From contig CALXUP010000001.1 of NCBI GenBank assembly GCA_944391715.1, positions 100,676 through 164,675 of the forward strand: a DNA stretch of 64,000 bases. The letters run 5' to 3'. This document shows, one piece after another, positions 61,909-64,000 of this stretch (the stretch's first letter is position 1; each line of letters starts with the position of its first letter). Source of the DNA: an uncultured Alphaproteobacteria bacterium (lineage in GTDB: Bacteria > Pseudomonadota > Alphaproteobacteria > RF32 > CAG-239). The notes under the pieces were generated by a model that saw nothing but the letters and a program-made list of their open reading frames with translations, made no database searches and was not told the DNA's origin. The position numbers and the translations under genes are program-made.

Positions 61909-64000
61909 GCAGGAAAGAGAAAATCGCGGCAGACGGGCGACCGAACAGCAACGCCGGGCGGCGAATCCGCAAAAGTCTGTCTGGGTGCAGGCTTCGGCCG
62001 GTACCGGAAAGACCAAAGTGCTTTCCGACCGGGTTTTGCGTATTTTGCTGGGCGGCGGGAATCCGGGGCGGATTTTGTGCCTGACTTATACCAAAGCGGC
62101 GGCGGTCGAAATGAGTTCGCGTATTTCCGAAAGATTGAGCAAGTGGGCGGTTATGCCGCAGAAAGAGCTTTTTGCGGAATTGGAGGCCTTGCTCGGCAAA
62201 CTGCCGGAAGATAAAGAAAAGCTTGAAAAACTGGAGGCTTCCGCCCGTCGGTTGTTTGCTGTTTTGCTGGATACGCCGGGCGGGATGAAAATTCAGACCA
62301 TTCATTCTTTTTGTCAGGAAATTTTAAAGCGTTTTCCGCTGGAGGCTCATATTTCTCCTTATTTTGAGGTGATGGACGACCGGGCGGCGGCGGAAGCACT
62401 GGCAGATATTCAGTCGCAGCTGCTGAAGAAAATCGAGGCGGAGCCAGACAGCCGCGCCGGTCAGGCATTGAGCTTTTTGACCCGGAAAGTCAGCGAATTT
62501 TCTTTTCCGGAGATTATGAATACGATTGCGGCGAACCGGAATAAAATTGCCCAAATGTTTGAGCAATATAAAAATGCGGAAAATGTTTTTGCAGAATTGA
62601 TGACGAGGCTTAATCTGCCGGAGAATTGCAGCGAGGAAGCGGTTAAAAGGGAATTTATTGCGGGGTTTGAGCGTGATAAAGCCGTCCGGTTAATGCAGGG
62701 TTGGGCAGTCGGCGGAGTAAAGGAAAAAGAAAAAGCCGAAACTTTGGCCGGGCTGTTGGAACGGCCGTTGCAGGAAGACGATTTTGACGCGTATGCCGGA
62801 TGTTTTTTTAACAAAGACGGAACCATTCCGGCGAAAGCGGCAACAAAAGCGGTTTTGGCGGCGGATCCGGAGTTTGAGAATGTCTTTTTGGGTGAGGCGG
62901 ACAGGCTTGACGGGCTCAAAAGAAAGATGGCGGCCGTGCGTCTGGCTTCCAGCACAAAAGCGATTTTGTTTTTGGCAGAAGATTTGATTTCGGCCTATAC
63001 CCATTTTAAACGCGTCCGTTCCAAGATGGATTATGAAGATCTTATTGTTACGGCCCGGCGGCTGCTGGAGAATAAAGGTGTGCCGCAATGGGTGATGTTT
63101 AAGCTGGACGGCGGTATTGACAATATTTTAATTGACGAAGCACAAGATACTTCGCCGGATCAGTGGGCTATTATCCGGGCATTGACGGAACAGTTTTTTG
63201 ATGATGTCGGTGCCGGAAATGTTCGGAAAACGGTGTTTGCCGTCGGGGATAAAAAACAGTCGATTTACAGCTTTCAGGGAGCCGATCCCAAAGGTTTTGC
63301 CGAGATGCAGACATATTTTTCCGAAGCAGTAAACCGTGAAATTCCGGGCGGCTTTGATAAGATAAATCTGGAGGTTTCTTTCCGGTCAACGGCGGCAGTT
63401 TTAGAGACGGTTAATCATATTTTCCGCAATTCTCCCGGACGAGACGGCGTGGCAGACGAGGGTGAAGATATTACGCATATTCCTTTTCGGGCAGGAGAGG
63501 CCGGCAGGGTTGAACTTTGGCCGCTGACTGAGCCGGAAGAGGGTGAAAACCGCGATGTCTGGCTGCCGTCCATGGAACGTATCAGTGTCGAATCGACCAG
63601 TTCCCGTTTGGCCAGGCAGATTGCCGAACGGATTAAAACAATGGTGGAAAGCCGGCAAGAACTGAAGTCTCAGAAACGTCCGGTCAGATACAAAGATTTT
63701 ATGATTCTGGTGCAACGCCGCAACAGCTTTGTCGAAGAACTGGTCAGAGCCTGTAAAAATGCCGATGTTAATATTGCCGGGGTTGATAAGATTAAGCTGC
63801 TGGAGCAAATTGCCGTGCAGGATTTGGTTTCTCTCGGCAAGTTTCTGCTGTTGCCGACAGATGATTTGACACTGGCTGAAGTATTAAAATCTCCGTTGTT
63901 CGGTCTGGATGACAAGGATTTGGAAAAATTGTGCTGCGAACGGGGAAAAGGAGTCAGTCTGTGGAGCCGGCTGAAAGATGAGCCGGAATATGCCGAAACT
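61898..64000 (+). CDS. addA: Double-strand break repair helicase AddA (UvrD/Rep superfamily 1), truncated at the window end
   Basis: Hand translation from ATG 61898: MMIEQERENRGRRATEQQRRAANPQKSVWVQASAGTGKTKVLSDRV (Walker A ASAGTGKT), plus the later motifs TIHSFCQ and IDEAQDTSP. It runs off the window and is therefore absent from the ORF track. Confidence 0.85.
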   Translation, partial: MMIEQERENRGRRATEQQRRAANPQKSVWVQASAGTGKTKVLSDRVLRILLGGGNPGRILCLTYTKAAAVEMSSRISERLSKWAVMPQKELFAELEALLGKLPEDKEKLEKLEASARRLFAVLLDTPGGMKIQTIHSFCQEILKRFPLEAHISPYFEVMDDRAAAEALADIQSQLLKKIEAEPDSRAGQALSFLTRKVSEFSFPEIMNTIAANRNKIAQMFEQYKNAENVFAELMTRLNLPENCSEEAVKREFIAGFERDKAVRLMQGWAVGGVKEKEKAETLAGLLERPLQEDDFDAYAGCFFNKDGTIPAKAATKAVLAADPEFENVFLGEADRLDGLKRKMAAVRLASSTKAILFLAEDLISAYTHFKRVRSKMDYEDLIVTARRLLENKGVPQWVMFKLDGGIDNILIDEAQDTSPDQWAIIRALTEQFFDDVGAGNVRKTVFAVGDKKQSIYSFQGADPKGFAEMQTYFSEAVNREIPGGFDKINLEVSFRSTAAVLETVNHIFRNSPGRDGVADEGEDITHIPFRAGEAGRVELWPLTEPEEGENRDVWLPSMERISVESTSSRLARQIAERIKTMVESRQELKSQKRPVRYKDFMILVQRRNSFVEELVRACKNADVNIAGVDKIKLLEQIAVQDLVSLGKFLLLPTDDLTLAEVLKSPLFGLDDKDLEKLCCERGKGVSLWSRLKDEPEYAET

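Noticed and set aside
61174-62305. Several minus-strand ORFs (280 aa, 174 aa, 105 aa) across the addB/addA junction
   Set aside because: Antisense to the AddB and AddA coding sequences, which carry clear helicase and nuclease motifs. Their composition is Arg/Pro/Phe-rich low complexity.

Overview
This 64 kb window looks like a moderate-GC alphaproteobacterial chromosome segment. The inference rests on AddAB rather than RecBCD, the DUF3576-leuS-lptE-holA and rpmH-rnpA-yidD-yidC syntenies, and the Lpt genes. Most of the window is housekeeping. The recognisable genes are lptD (partial) and two LptF/G-family permeases, yicC-gmk, cysK, tyrA, rsmB, leuS, lptE, holA, engB, yidC/yidD/rnpA/rpmH, dnaB, rpmB, a tRNA-Arg(CCG), a four-gene MCE/Mla-type ABC transporter operon, H+-pyrophosphatase, ftsK, fabD-fabG, grpE, rph-rdgB and addB-addA (partial). 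Four things stand out.
1. A family of nested MITE-like palindromic repeats. Each complete copy is bounded by covarying 11-bp terminal inverted repeats (TAAAAACTGCG...CGCAGTTTTTA, with a compensated TAAAACCGCG...CGCGGTTTTTA variant) and carries terminator-like hairpins. Copies sit exactly at the TAA stop codons of lptF-like, leuS, hppA and fabG. They also generate spurious ORFs.
2. A metal-homeostasis cassette: two CsoR-type operator palindromes overlap a sigma70-like promoter upstream of a 61-aa Cys-rich metallothionein-like gene, which is followed by a csoR/rcnR-family repressor. A second Cys-rich-tailed protein lies at 30.2 kb.
3. Several low-GC islets of unknown genes. One is a translationally coupled pair of novel membrane proteins with a DUF378 gene and a SAM-methyltransferase (19.8-23.3 kb). 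Another is a pip gene sitting where dnaA usually lies next to rpmH. A third is an orphan convergent pair at 33.5-35.2 kb.
4. An rsmB-linked operon encoding a degenerate PanE-like protein, a GT4 (MraY/WecA-like) membrane protein with an eroded catalytic motif, and a TPR-like protein.
Also present are a membrane-anchored GH108 muramidase-like protein, an unusually long GlgA-like GT5 protein next to grpE, tandem YcgN paralogs and a STAS-fused MlaE-like permease. No CRISPR array, transposase or rRNA genes were seen.
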